Source: Nitrospirota bacterium (GTDB taxonomy: Bacteria; Nitrospirota; UBA9217). From it: a DNA stretch of 64,000 nt. Each line of letters opens with the position of its first letter. Position 1 is the stretch's first letter. Shown here piece after piece: positions 36,903 to 46,655 of this stretch. A program made the translations under genes and the position numbers. The DNA lies in NCBI GenBank assembly GCA_963737155.1, contig CAVTRN010000002.1, positions 168,287 to 232,286 on the forward strand, in the 5' to 3' direction. The notes beneath the pieces are model-generated. The model saw nothing but the letters and a program-made list of their open reading frames with translations, did no database searches and was not told the origin of the DNA.

Positions 36903-39900
36903 TTAAATTGTCGATGACATTTGGTTGGAATAATTACTTTCCACGCCCGATGTATCCACATCCGAGACGACAAAGTAATAGGTTCCGGGCGCCATGTTTA
37001 ATATCTCGGTGATCGTGGAGGTGCCGGGATTTGGAACACTGACTACCTGCGTGTATACTCCGGATGCGGTTCCGTAATATAGGTTGTACGACGCTATATC
37101 AGCGGGAACCAACGCAGCTCCATTTGTATACGTCGTAGGGGCGGCCCAGTTAAGTGTCACGCTAACCGTAGACGGTGCTGCCGTAATTGTCAGCGAGGCA
37201 GTTGCTGAAGCGCCTCCATAGGAACATGAAATTACCGCCGATCCTGCGGCAACGGCAGTGGCAAGCCCATTCGAGCCCGCTGCGTTGCTGACCGTTGCAG
37301 CAGTCGCGTCGGAGGTACTCCAGGTTGCCAGGGCGGTTAGGTTCTGCGTCGTGTTGTTTGAATACGTTCCGGTCGCGGTAAACTGATAGGTTGTCCCGGT
37401 TGGAATAGATACCGTGAGGGGTGATATGGCGACCGAAACCAGGGTTGCCGGAGTCACGGTCAATGCTGCCGAGCCTGATACGCTCCCTGACGTCGCAGTA
37501 ATCGTTGTCGAACCCGTGGCTACCGGGGTTACGAGCCCATTGGATCCTGCGGCGTTGCTGATTGTTGCAATTGATGCCGATGATGACGCCCAAGTCACCG
37601 TCGTTGTAAGGTTTTGTGTAGTGCCGTCGGAATAGGTGCCGGTAGCGGTGAATTGCTCGGTGGTGCCTAACGCGATGCCTGGAGCGGACGGCGATATTGC
37701 TATGGAGGCGAGGGTTGCCGGAGTGACGGTCAATGTTGCCGAGCCTGATATGCTCCCTGACGTCGCAGTAATCGTTGTCGAACCCGTGGCAACCGGGGTT
37801 CCGAGCCCATTGGATCCTGCGGCATTGCTGATTGTTGCAATGGCTGTCGATGATGACGCCCAGGTCACCGTCGTTGTAAGGTTTTGTGTAGTGCCGTCGG
37901 AGTAGGTGCCGGTAGCGGTGAATTGCTCGGTGGTGCCTAACGCGATGCCTGGAGCGGACGGCGATATTGCTATGGAGGCGAGGGTTGCCGGAGTGACGGT
38001 CAATGTTGCCAAGCCTGATATGCTCCCTGACGTCGCCATAATCATTGTCGAACCTGTGGCAACCGGGGTTCCGAGCCCATTGGATCCTGCGGCATTGCTG
38101 ATTGTTGCAATTGATGTCGATGATGACGCCCAGGTCACCGTCGTTGTAAGGTTCTGGGTAGTGCCGTCGGAGTAGGTGCCAGTAGCGGTGAATTGCTCGG
38201 TGGTGCCTAACGCGAAGCTTGGAGCGGACGGTGTTACAGCAAGAGATACGAGTGTCGCCGGCGTAACGGTCAGCGTGGTAGATCCCGAGATTGCGCCCGA
38301 TGCAGCCGTGATCGTGGTCGAACCTGCGGCTGCCGGGGTCGCCAGGCCGTTTAAGCCGGACGCGTTGCTGATGGTTGCGACCGATGTTGACGCTGAGCTC
38401 CATGTCGCTGTTGCCGTAAGATTCTGCGTTGACCCATCGGAATACACGCCGGTAGCGGTAAATTGACTGGTAGTTCCAAGCGCGATGCTCGGGTTTGTCG
38501 GCGTTATTTCAAGGGAAACGAGCGTTGCCGGCGTTATGGTCAAAAGAGTGGTGGCTGATATGCTGCCGGATGCGGCCGCGATTGTTGTGGAACCGATAGC
38601 CGCAGCGGTTGCCAGCCCGTTAGAACCTGCAGCATTGCTGATGGCTGCAGCGGATGTCGCCGATGAACTCCATGTCACCGAATTTGTCAGGTTTTGCGTT
38701 GATCCGTCGGAGTAGGTACCCGTGGCGGTAAATTGGTCGATTGAGCCATTTGTTATGCTTGGATTTGTCGGCGTTATTCCAAGGGAAACGAGCGTTGCCG
38801 GCGTTATGGTCAAAAGAGTGGTGGCCGACATGCCGCCGGATGTTGCCATGATCGTCGCCGACCCTGTTGCGACGGGAGTGGCCAGCCCGTTGGAACCTGC
38901 GGCATTGCTGATGGCTGCAGCGGATGTCGCCGATGAACTCCATGTCACCGAATTTGTCAGGTTTTGAGTTGATCCGTCGGAATAGGTGCCAGTAACGGCA
39001 AATTGTTCGGTAGTCCCCATCGCGATGCTTGGATTGGTAGGTGTTATATCCAGGGATACAAGCGTTGCAGGCGTAACCGTAAACGCAGTTGCTCCTGACA
39101 CGCTTCCCAGTGTGGCCGTGATCGATGCTGAACCTGAGGCTACCGGGGCCGCCAGTCCCATTGAGCCAGCCGTATTGCTGATGCTTGCCACGGCAGATGA
39201 CGAAGAACTCCAGACCACGCTTGTCGTCAGATTCTGCGTAGAGTTATCGGAATATGTTCCCGTTGCGACAAATTGCTGGATCATTCCCAGCGCCAGGGTT
39301 GGATTCGCCGGCGATATTGCTATGGAGACGAGCGTTGCCGGAGTCACCGCCATAGCCGTGGAGCCGGAAATGTTGCCAAACGTCGCTGTGACCGTCGCGT
39401 TGCCGGAAGATGCCGGCGTTGCGAGCCCTATGGATCCCGTTATCGTGCTGACACTTAATATGGATGGTGAGGATGAGTTCCATGTCACATTCTGGGTCAT
39501 ATTTTGAGTGGAATTGTCCGAGAAAGTTCCGGTAGCTGTAAACTGCTCCGTTGCCCCTATTGCGATGCTTGAGTTGGCGGGAGTTACCGCGATGGATTGC
39601 AAGGTAGCCGGCGTTGTTGTTAATGTCGTCCAGCCGGATATTTTCCCTCTTCTTGCAGTAATGGTGTTTCTACACGAGCCTCTGTCACCGATATTCCCTA
39701 ACCACATTATTATGGCGTTGTCTGTGTCTGACGATCCCCACGTCACCGACGATGTTATGTCCTGGGTTGAATTGTCCGAATATATTCCTGTTGCCGAGAA
39801 CTGCACGGTGGTCCCGGCCGCTATCGTTGGGTTTGTCGGCGTCACTTCAATGGCAACGAGCTGGGCTTGAGTTGAACTGCCGGTGCCGCCTGCCGAGCCG

Positions 39901-39986
39901 GACTGGGTGCCGCCTGCGCATGAGGCCAGAATTACCGCTGACAGCAAAGTCAGCACAAATGCAATAAAATCTCTGCTTTTTAACAT
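36903..39986 (-). CDS. giant surface lipoprotein with about ten Big_2 Ig-like domains and a C-terminal FN3-like domain
   Basis: 1027 aa with lipobox ILASC. Repeated units read VTPATLVS(L/I)xITPxxPSIALGTTEQFTATGTYSDGSTQNLTxxVTWSSS. The C-terminus VTLNWAAPTTYTNGAAL...YNLYYGT...GTYYFVVSDVD is FN3-like. Confidence 0.9.
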   Translation of the reverse strand: MLKSRDFIAFVLTLLSAVILASCAGGTQSGSAGGTGSSTQAQLVAIEVTPTNPTIAAGTTVQFSATGIYSDNSTQDITSSVTWGSSDTDNAIIMWLGNIGDRGSCRNTITARRGKISGWTTLTTTPATLQSIAVTPANSSIAIGATEQFTATGTFSDNSTQNMTQNVTWNSSSPSILSVSTITGSIGLATPASSGNATVTATFGNISGSTAMAVTPATLVSIAISPANPTLALGMIQQFVATGTYSDNSTQNLTTSVVWSSSSSAVASISNTAGSMGLAAPVASGSASITATLGSVSGATAFTVTPATLVSLDITPTNPSIAMGTTEQFAVTGTYSDGSTQNLTNSVTWSSSATSAAAISNAAGSNGLATPVATGSATIMATSGGMSATTLLTITPATLVSLGITPTNPSITNGSIDQFTATGTYSDGSTQNLTNSVTWSSSATSAAAISNAAGSNGLATAAAIGSTTIAAASGSISATTLLTITPATLVSLEITPTNPSIALGTTSQFTATGVYSDGSTQNLTATATWSSASTSVATISNASGLNGLATPAAAGSTTITAASGAISGSTTLTVTPATLVSLAVTPSAPSFALGTTEQFTATGTYSDGTTQNLTTTVTWASSSTSIATISNAAGSNGLGTPVATGSTMIMATSGSISGLATLTVTPATLASIAISPSAPGIALGTTEQFTATGTYSDGTTQNLTTTVTWASSSTAIATISNAAGSNGLGTPVATGSTTITATSGSISGSATLTVTPATLASIAISPSAPGIALGTTEQFTATGTYSDGTTQNLTTTVTWASSSASIATISNAAGSNGLVTPVATGSTTITATSGSVSGSAALTVTPATLVSVAISPLTVSIPTGTTYQFTATGTYSNNTTQNLTALATWSTSDATAATVSNAAGSNGLATAVAAGSAVISCSYGGASATASLTITAAPSTVSVTLNWAAPTTYTNGAALVPADIASYNLYYGTASGVYTQVVSVPNPGTSTITEILNMAPGTYYFVVSDVDTSGVESNYSNQMSSTI
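37330..39850. repeat. coding tandem repeat, about 264-270-bp unit (one Big_2 domain)
   Basis: Shadow ORFs start at 37636, 37906 and 38176 (exact 270-bp spacing, near-identical). More diverged units lie at about 38485, 38722, 38986 and 39508. Confidence 0.8.
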
Positions 39987-40017
39987 GTCTTTCTCCTCCG
40001 CTTAAAGCAACGTTATG

Positions 40018-40114
40018 CCTCGAACCTCTATCTGCTGGTTCGGAGAACACAGAGTCAAGAAACTCATTAGTTCCGTAGCTCTGTGTTTCTGGGTTTCCCC
40101 AGGTTTGCTCTGAG
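40018..40114 (-). promoter_or_regulatory. structured 5' leader of the Big_2 gene (three hairpins, first with a GAAA tetraloop)
   Basis: The minus-strand RNA reads CUCAGAGCAAACC-UGGG-GAAA-CCCA-GAAACACAGAG...CUCUGUGUU...CCGAACC-N10-GGUUCG and ends about 30 nt before GGAGGAG and the ATG. Confidence 0.4.
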
Positions 40115-40633
40115 AAGAGAAAGACTACAGCCTTTCGATTATGGATGTTGCAAATCTGTTGGAAAACCATTGATTGTCCACATACTATGGCGGACCTGAA
40201 AAAAGGATTGTGATCTGAATTACACGAATGGTGAGATAAATTGTTTACGCCAAAATGATATGATTTGAGTGAGGCGGGCAGGGAAAACGGATATGCAGCC
40301 GTGATCATTTACCGGTTATGCATAGTTTTCCAGTAGCCGCGGATCGTTTTTCCTGCGGTTGGGTGTGTTCTCATAAGGAGAAGATGCTGATGGATCTTAA
40401 CACAGACAATTCTACGACGGGGGTGAGGCATGCTCATGATCGAGTGCCAATATTGAAGACGGCATCATTCCTTTTTTCTGATTGATTCAGTATTATCTCA
40501 TGATGCAGCCGCTCAAGAGCGGTGTGAAGTGGCCAGTTTGCAGATTTCATCGGACAATACTACCATCAAATCGGCATAAGCATCGGGGCGACCGTGAGCC
40601 AAAGTCTTCTGGAAAGTAAAAATAAAACAAAAA

Positions 40634-40870
40634 CTATTCGTTCTTGAAATAACCGGAGCCCTTCTGCTTCACTTTGATCATGCGGATATCCTGTTCTGCG
40701 AGGTTGTTGCTAAACGGAATCCGAAAATCGCGCAGAAACGCGAGCACTCAGGTTTCATGCTTTTCAGGGCGATCGTGCAGGTCTTGGGCTGTTGTTTTGT
40801 TTTTTCCGTCCGCGTTCTTACGGCCCGGCAGAGGGGCAGTTTTGGGATTGGCCATTTTCAGAGTACTGAG
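40634..40870 (-). pseudogene. C-terminal fragment of an IS66-family transposase
   Basis: Minus-strand translation ...[40 protein letters not shown]. The (F/D)NN-AE(R/Q)DIRM-K motif is IS66-like. There is an in-frame stop and no N-terminus. Confidence 0.5.
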
Positions 40871-41047
40871 AATGCTTCTTAAATTCCAAAGTTCCAATCG
40901 TTAGCCGGAATCAGTTCGATATCGGTATCCTGGCCTGTATCGACGCGCGTGAAAATTATCCCTTTTCCCGACCTGCCACGTGGGATAACATTAGCGCCTC
41001 TCATCTTTGACCGTGAAGTGAGCATATCAATTTTCAAACAACCCGAA

Positions 41048-41695
41048 TTACTTCCCTGCAACCAACCTTACACCCATATCAAATGCCTTTTGGCAATCCA
41101 TAGGGAATACTTCTTCATGCCTCAGCTTCTTTTTTACCGGGTCAAAACGGGTATTAAGAACCTTGGAATAGTCATCAAACTGCAATGTGTCAAAACTGCA
41201 TATATATTCAGATTCACCAAAGATTCTTCGAAGTGCTCCATCATAGCGATTGAAATTGACTTCATACTTCCATTCGCGCATGACTTCCTCGGAGACATTC
41301 ATCGTATAGATGAATCCGGTCTTTATCTTCTTGGGGAATAGTGCACCTGGGGGATTGGTGTAGGTCATGTACTGAAACATCCACCGCTCCAAAAATGATT
41401 TCATCTCCCCTGAGATATCACCCCAATAAATGGGAGACCCCATCAAAACAGCATCAGCCTGTTCAATCCTGCTGAAGATAGAAGCCAGGTCATCCCGAAC
41501 AACGCATTTACCATAACTTTCCCCCCCGAGGGTCTTACAAGCAAAACAACTTATGCACCCTTTATAGTTGAGGTCATAGAGATGAATCAGTTCTGTTATA
41601 GCACCCTGTGAGACAGCGCCTTCGAGAGCCTTTTGTAGAAGGGTTGCCGTGTTCCATTTCTTCCTTGGACTTCCATTCAAAGCAATTATTTTCAT
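41048..41695 (-). CDS. flavodoxin-like fold NAD(P)H-dependent FMN reductase / iron-sulfur flavoprotein
   Basis: MKIIALNGSPRKKWNTATLL... and the Cys cluster YKGCISCFACK are typical of anaerobe iron-sulfur flavoproteins. Confidence 0.8.
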   Translation of the reverse strand: MKIIALNGSPRKKWNTATLLQKALEGAVSQGAITELIHLYDLNYKGCISCFACKTLGGESYGKCVVRDDLASIFSRIEQADAVLMGSPIYWGDISGEMKSFLERWMFQYMTYTNPPGALFPKKIKTGFIYTMNVSEEVMREWKYEVNFNRYDGALRRIFGESEYICSFDTLQFDDYSKVLNTRFDPVKKKLRHEEVFPMDCQKAFDMGVRLVAGK

Positions 41696-42152
41696 GGGAT
41701 AACCTCAACCGTGTGAAAAACCCCGTTTATTAAATGCCGATGTTAGAAGCAGTATAGGAGACGATGGAGAAAAAATCAAGGTAAACCGCAGGGGGCGAAT
41801 TTGACTCACAATAAATGTTACCCAAGTGAATCCTGAAATATTTCGTTGACTCACAATTCATGTTACCGGAACAATCCCCCCAAAAAGGAGGCTGGTTCCG
41901 ATGAGTCCGCGATATTGAGTGCCCCGGTTCGAGATAGACAATATTTTTGGCGAGGTGTAGAATTGTATCTGAGACATGAGGTGCGGACTCCTTCCTCATC
42001 ATGCATATGCTCTAGACTGAATGCATGTGTAGAATACATCCTGATTATTAGCATAAGGTTTGCTCGATTGCGTCCAGCATATGGAGAAAAGCCGGACGAG
42101 GCATTACCACAACCGGATCGCAAAGTAGCTGATAACAAAAAGGAGATTAATC

Positions 42153-43178
42153 ATGGAGCATTCACGTAGAACTTTTCTCAAAATAGCTAGCGCAGCGGGG
42201 ATTGCGGTTGCTGGAGGAAAATCCCCCTTGCTGGCAGCAGAGAAGCCAGCGCGGGCGACAAGATATACATCCAGCCGGGAACTTCCGAATCAGATGACGT
42301 TTTGTACTCTCCGCCGCGATGGCCGCTTTGTGCTTGGCATCCGCACTTCAAAAGGAGTCCTTGACGTGGAGAAGGCTGCAAAGTTTCTTGGCAAGAGCGC
42401 GCCGACCACAATCGACGAAGTACTGCAGGGCGTGGACCCCGAGGTCCTCCGAACCTTGGTGGATGCGGCGCTCTCATCCAACGCGGCAAAGGCGGCGTTC
42501 ATCGACGAGAACAAGGCTTCCTTCGGGCCCTGCGTGACGAACCCTGAGAAGATCATCTGCCTCGGCTATAACTACAAGAAACACGTGGCTGAGATGCACA
42601 TCCCGACACCCACTTCACCGGTCCTGTTTAATAAGTTTAACAATGCGCTCAATTTTCACAACGGCGTCATCAACCTGCCCCAAAAGGTGGCGAAAAAGTT
42701 CGATTATGAGGTCGAACTAGTGATCGTGATCGGCAGAACGACTCGCAACGTGAGCGAAGCAGACGCGCTATCGTATGTCTTTGGCTACTGCACGGGTAAC
42801 GATTTCTCTGCCCGTGACCTGCAGTTCAAGACAAGCCAGTTGATGCTAGGCAAGACCTGTGACGGATTCGCGCCCATTGGTCCATGGCTGGTCACCGCCG
42901 ACCAGGTCCCGGACCCGCAGAACCTCAAGCTCGAGTGCCGCGTGAATGGGGAATTGCGCCAATCGTCGAACACAAGCGATATGATCTTCGATTGCAAGAC
43001 CACCGTCAGCTATATCTCCCAGCACTGGACGCTCAAGCCGGGGGACATCATCTTTACGGGCACTCCCGAGGGTGTGATACTGGGCTATCCACCGGAGAAG
43101 CAGGTCTGGCTCAAACCAGGCGATCAAGTGATGACGTCGATCGAGAAACTGGGAGAGCATCGCTTCATGCTGGTGTAG
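42153..43178 (+). CDS. fumarylacetoacetate hydrolase (FAH) family protein with Tat signal
   Basis: Twin-arginine motif SRRTFLK. FAH core is IICLGYNYKKH...YEVELVIVIGR...GYCTGNDFSARDLQ...GKTCDGFAPIGPWLVT...GDIIFTGTPEGV. Confidence 0.85.
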   Translation: MEHSRRTFLKIASAAGIAVAGGKSPLLAAEKPARATRYTSSRELPNQMTFCTLRRDGRFVLGIRTSKGVLDVEKAAKFLGKSAPTTIDEVLQGVDPEVLRTLVDAALSSNAAKAAFIDENKASFGPCVTNPEKIICLGYNYKKHVAEMHIPTPTSPVLFNKFNNALNFHNGVINLPQKVAKKFDYEVELVIVIGRTTRNVSEADALSYVFGYCTGNDFSARDLQFKTSQLMLGKTCDGFAPIGPWLVTADQVPDPQNLKLECRVNGELRQSSNTSDMIFDCKTTVSYISQHWTLKPGDIIFTGTPEGVILGYPPEKQVWLKPGDQVMTSIEKLGEHRFMLV

Positions 43179-43318
43179 CCGAAGGCTCGATGGCGAACCT
43201 TGTCTGCACGGGCAGTTGGAAGGGATTAATAAACCGATTCATATTTAAACCTGCATTGCGTACGTCCTGTATCTCAATCACCGTTGCATGTTTTACGTGG
43301 AGTTGAGTTTCGTGTAAA

Positions 43319-43351
43319 ATTAGCGGAGGCGCAGATTTCATTTTGTATCAT
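43319..43351 (+). repeat. 33-nt repeat, copy 1 (ATTAGCGGAGGCGCAGATTTCATTTTGTATCAT)
   Basis: 29/33 identical to 50585-50617. Confidence 0.6.
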
Positions 43352-43435
43352 TGCATTTTGTGGTAATGTTATCTCTTATATAAACAACATCCCGTAGTTA
43401 CTGAAATTTGCATTTTAAAAGAGGAGGATCATCTC

Positions 43436-44113
43436 ATGCGTTTCATCAATCGTATCATGCTCTCTGTTGCCCTGGCGGTCTTGTTTCAGGCTGTATTCAC
43501 CATGCCGGTTCTTGCCGCTGACAAGCCTGCATTGACAATCGACAAGTCTCGAACCGCGCTTTTGATCATGGATTATCAAAACGATATCTTAAATTTCCTG
43601 CCGGAAAAAGATCGAGATCCGCTTCTGGACAAGGCAAACACCATACTGAAGGAAGCCCGCCGGGCGGGTATTCAGGTGATATACGTCGTTGTACGCTTTC
43701 GGGACGGGTACCCTGAGATAAATCCAATGAACAGGATGTTCAGCGGGCTGAAAAAAGCGGGATGGGTCCGTGAGGGGACCCCGGGGGCAGAGGTCCACGC
43801 GAAGGTAGCGCCGCAGCCGGGCGACATTGTAGTAACGAAGCGGCGCGTGGGCGCTTTTTCCACTACTGACTTGGAAACGGTCCTGCGCGCGAAGGGCATT
43901 GACACGCTTGTCTTGTTGGGTATATCGACGAGCGGCGTGGTCCTTTCCACTGTGCGGTGGGCCGCAGACATGGACTATCAACTCGTGGTCATCGGCGATG
44001 CCTGCGCCGACCTGGATCAAGAGGTCCACCGCGTGCTGACGGAAAAGGTCTTTCCCGGGCAGGCAATGGTCGTATCGACCCAGGATTTTTTGAAAGCTGT
44101 CCCAGGCAAGTAG
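43436..44113 (+). CDS. secreted isochorismatase-family cysteine hydrolase
   Basis: Signal peptide (…FTMPVLAADK), then TALLIMDYQND...VVTKRRVGAFSTTDLE..., and a GISTSGVVLSTV segment where this family usually has its catalytic Cys (no Cys there). Confidence 0.85.
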   Translation: MRFINRIMLSVALAVLFQAVFTMPVLAADKPALTIDKSRTALLIMDYQNDILNFLPEKDRDPLLDKANTILKEARRAGIQVIYVVVRFRDGYPEINPMNRMFSGLKKAGWVREGTPGAEVHAKVAPQPGDIVVTKRRVGAFSTTDLETVLRAKGIDTLVLLGISTSGVVLSTVRWAADMDYQLVVIGDACADLDQEVHRVLTEKVFPGQAMVVSTQDFLKAVPGK

Positions 44114-44598
44114 CTCGGCCAGTAAGTTTGTAGCAAAGCAGAACGCGACGTAACGATTCCAACAACGCCGCCGAGCGGATCGTTAAAACCGCGCCCACGG
44201 CGGCGGTTCATTCGCCTGATTCAACCAGTATCATGCATAGATGTTTCGTCAACACGGATGCATGACTGTAGGGGATCTTTGCAGAGTGCGCGAGATTTTT
44301 TCCCAACATTTACATCCTGTAGTCGTTGAAGTTGCTATCACTTGCAACCACACATGTTTCATCCGGAATTTTTACTTACTTTTCCAGAATCGGTTAATTC
44401 GATGTTTTTTTGTTCAAGAACTACGTTTGAACTTTCTCGCGATCAGCGGTTTCATGTGCTCTTCTTTCGGTTGTTTGTCTGCAAACAAATATACCAGAAG
44501 GAGAGCCTTCTTACTCTGTAAAACCCGCCTTTCGATCAAATAAAAGCTCTAATCCCGTGACTTTTGCAAGAGGCTCATAGCAAAATCTAAAAAAAAGC

Positions 44599-44627
44599 TT
44601 TACACAAGATTGCAAATTGGATAAAAT
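44599..44627 (+). promoter_or_regulatory. sigma70-like promoter (TTTACA-N17-TAAAAT) about 410 nt upstream of the ClC gene
   Basis: Hexamers and spacing read directly from the sequence. Confidence 0.4.
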
Positions 44628-45038
44628 TACAGCATCATTAAGTGGAACGGAGTCTTTTCCTCGAAATAATTATTGGATTGAGGATTCATGCTGGCGGGAA
44701 ATAGCGCTGAAATCTACTTCTATATTGAAGGCACAGGACAATGCGGTTTGCAGACCAAATTACTTTGCTGATCTTCATGCCTTGTTAAACAGATGATGTT
44801 CAGTAGTGTTTCGTCCCATCCGAATTCCCAAAATTTCTCCGCTTCACTATGCCGATTCTTGTCACGCCTCTGGAGTTCCTGCGTCCGAAAAAAATGTTTT
44901 GGAATTACGATTCGGCTCTGGTAATGTTCGATCCGAGATTCGCCGCACAACGCATTGTGTGAGAACCGCACATCATTTTATTGAAAGAGGCCGCGCGGGG
45001 AAGTCGCCTTCTGCCAAAGCGGGCTTCGAGGTAAAAAC

Positions 45039-46490
45039 ATGGCTTTTAAGATTTTTCACAAGATCCCCCAACTCAGACATCCCGAAACCCAGTCCAATCC
45101 TGGTCTTGATCCGATGGTCCCGATGCTTCTCGTAGCTGCAGCCGTCGGCTGCATCGGTTCCCTTGCTGTTGAACTGTTCCGCACGGCGATGTACGCGATT
45201 GTCCGTCTCTATTCCTCGCAGGAACATCTGGTCGCGGCCGCACGCTCCTTGCCGGTATGGGCACGCGTTGCGGCGCCGACGATCGCCGGCATCGCAAGCG
45301 GACTGGGCATGTGGGCGGGCCACCGCTGGATCAAGCGGCCGCGGGGGCCGGAATACATGGAGGCGGTGCACGTGGGCGACGGAGTGCTGCCGCTCGGACC
45401 GAATCTCGTCCGGACTGCTTCCTCGCTCCTTGGCGTGAGCGGCGGCATTACGATCGGTCGTGAAGGGACTATGATCCAGTTTGCGTCCGTGGCGTCCTCG
45501 CTTCTCGGGCGGATCTTTCGTGCCGATGAATCTCACCGTAGGCTGATCGTTGCCTGCGGCGCCGCAGCCGGTTTTGCGGCCGCCTATCGTGCCCCGATCG
45601 CGGGCACCCTGTTCGTCGCTGAAATCATTCTCGGCGGACTGGCCCTCCGCGAAATAAGCGCCGTTCTTGTCGCAGCCGTGATTTCCCTGCTTACTACGCA
45701 GGCGTTCTTCGTTTCCGGTCCGCTCTATATTGCGCACGCCGTGCCACCGGTTGGGTTTAACGACCTCTTTGATGCAGCCCTCGTGGGGTTGGCGGCCGGC
45801 CTGTTCGGCCCCGTGTTTCTGTGGGTGCTCCATACGACAAACCGCGGCTATCAGTCGCTGTTCACCTTTTTGCCCATGCGCATGGGCTTGGCCGGGCTTG
45901 CTATCGGGATGTTGTCGGTTCTGAGTCCCGAGGTCTGGGGCAACGGTTTCAGTGTGATGCAGTCCTTCCTGTCAACGCATTGGGCATTGGACGCGGTAGT
46001 GGCAGTGTTCCTTCTGCGGCTGATCGCCGTAATATATGCCAGTGCTGCAGGCATTCCCGGCGGTGTGCTCACCCCGACCCTGGTGACCGGCGCCGCCATG
46101 GGATTGCTCATTGGGAACACGATGCTGTCACCGTCGGCAGACCATTCCCAGACGCTCTGGATCCTGGTCGGCGCGGGTAGCCTGCTTGCGGCAACCACCC
46201 ATGCCCCCGCGATGTCCGCCATCATGGTTTTCGAGACGACGCACAACTACAATGTGGTGCTCGCAGCCCTGCCTGCGTGCGTCATCGCCTCCGTTGTCGC
46301 AAGTCTGCTGCGTCACCAGTCAGTCTACACAGAAGCTCTGGGTTTGGAGGAACACGGTCTTGCCGCCTCCGCCGCTAAGCGCAGGACAATATTACCCAGC
46401 GCTGCACCGTTTCACCTGAGGTCCTCTGCGGTCGAAGGAAAAGACGGCGAGCAGACAGAGGAAGGCGAGCAGACAGAGGACACTGATTAG
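45039..46490 (+). CDS. ClC family anion channel/antiporter with non-canonical filter motifs
   Basis: 483 aa, multi-TM. It has GREGTMIQ (instead of GK/REGP) and GIPGGVLTPTL (instead of GxFxP). No GSGIP motif is present. Confidence 0.85.
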   Translation: MAFKIFHKIPQLRHPETQSNPGLDPMVPMLLVAAAVGCIGSLAVELFRTAMYAIVRLYSSQEHLVAAARSLPVWARVAAPTIAGIASGLGMWAGHRWIKRPRGPEYMEAVHVGDGVLPLGPNLVRTASSLLGVSGGITIGREGTMIQFASVASSLLGRIFRADESHRRLIVACGAAAGFAAAYRAPIAGTLFVAEIILGGLALREISAVLVAAVISLLTTQAFFVSGPLYIAHAVPPVGFNDLFDAALVGLAAGLFGPVFLWVLHTTNRGYQSLFTFLPMRMGLAGLAIGMLSVLSPEVWGNGFSVMQSFLSTHWALDAVVAVFLLRLIAVIYASAAGIPGGVLTPTLVTGAAMGLLIGNTMLSPSADHSQTLWILVGAGSLLAATTHAPAMSAIMVFETTHNYNVVLAALPACVIASVVASLLRHQSVYTEALGLEEHGLAASAAKRRTILPSAAPFHLRSSAVEGKDGEQTEEGEQTEDTD

Positions 46491-46655
46491 GCTCCTGCAA
46501 ACAGATGAGGTTTTCCCAGTCCGCACGAAAGACCTGCAAAGCCGAACGCAGCATCAGCCCGCGCTAAAAGCTTCATGCGGACAGCCTTGGTCAGGGCAGC
46601 CGACACTTCCGCCCTGCTAATGACCGCCGTCCCTGTGTCGGTCACAGGTTTTATG

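Noticed and set aside
37162-39870. A 413-aa alternative-frame ORF and a ladder of plus-strand ORFs inside the Big_2 gene
   Set aside because: This is the same shadow effect. The periodicity mirrors the 270-bp coding repeat and no independent signals are present.
44630-45038. Fluoride (crcB-motif) riboswitch upstream of the ClC gene
   Set aside because: I could not find the conserved GGnGAUGGnnUUCnCC ... CUGAUGAUnCC elements by eye. A covariance-model scan is still needed.
44973-45833. 286-aa minus-strand ORF overlapping the ClC gene start
   Set aside because: It is antisense to a well-supported membrane protein gene, and its sequence is Arg/Gly/Pro-rich without domain character.
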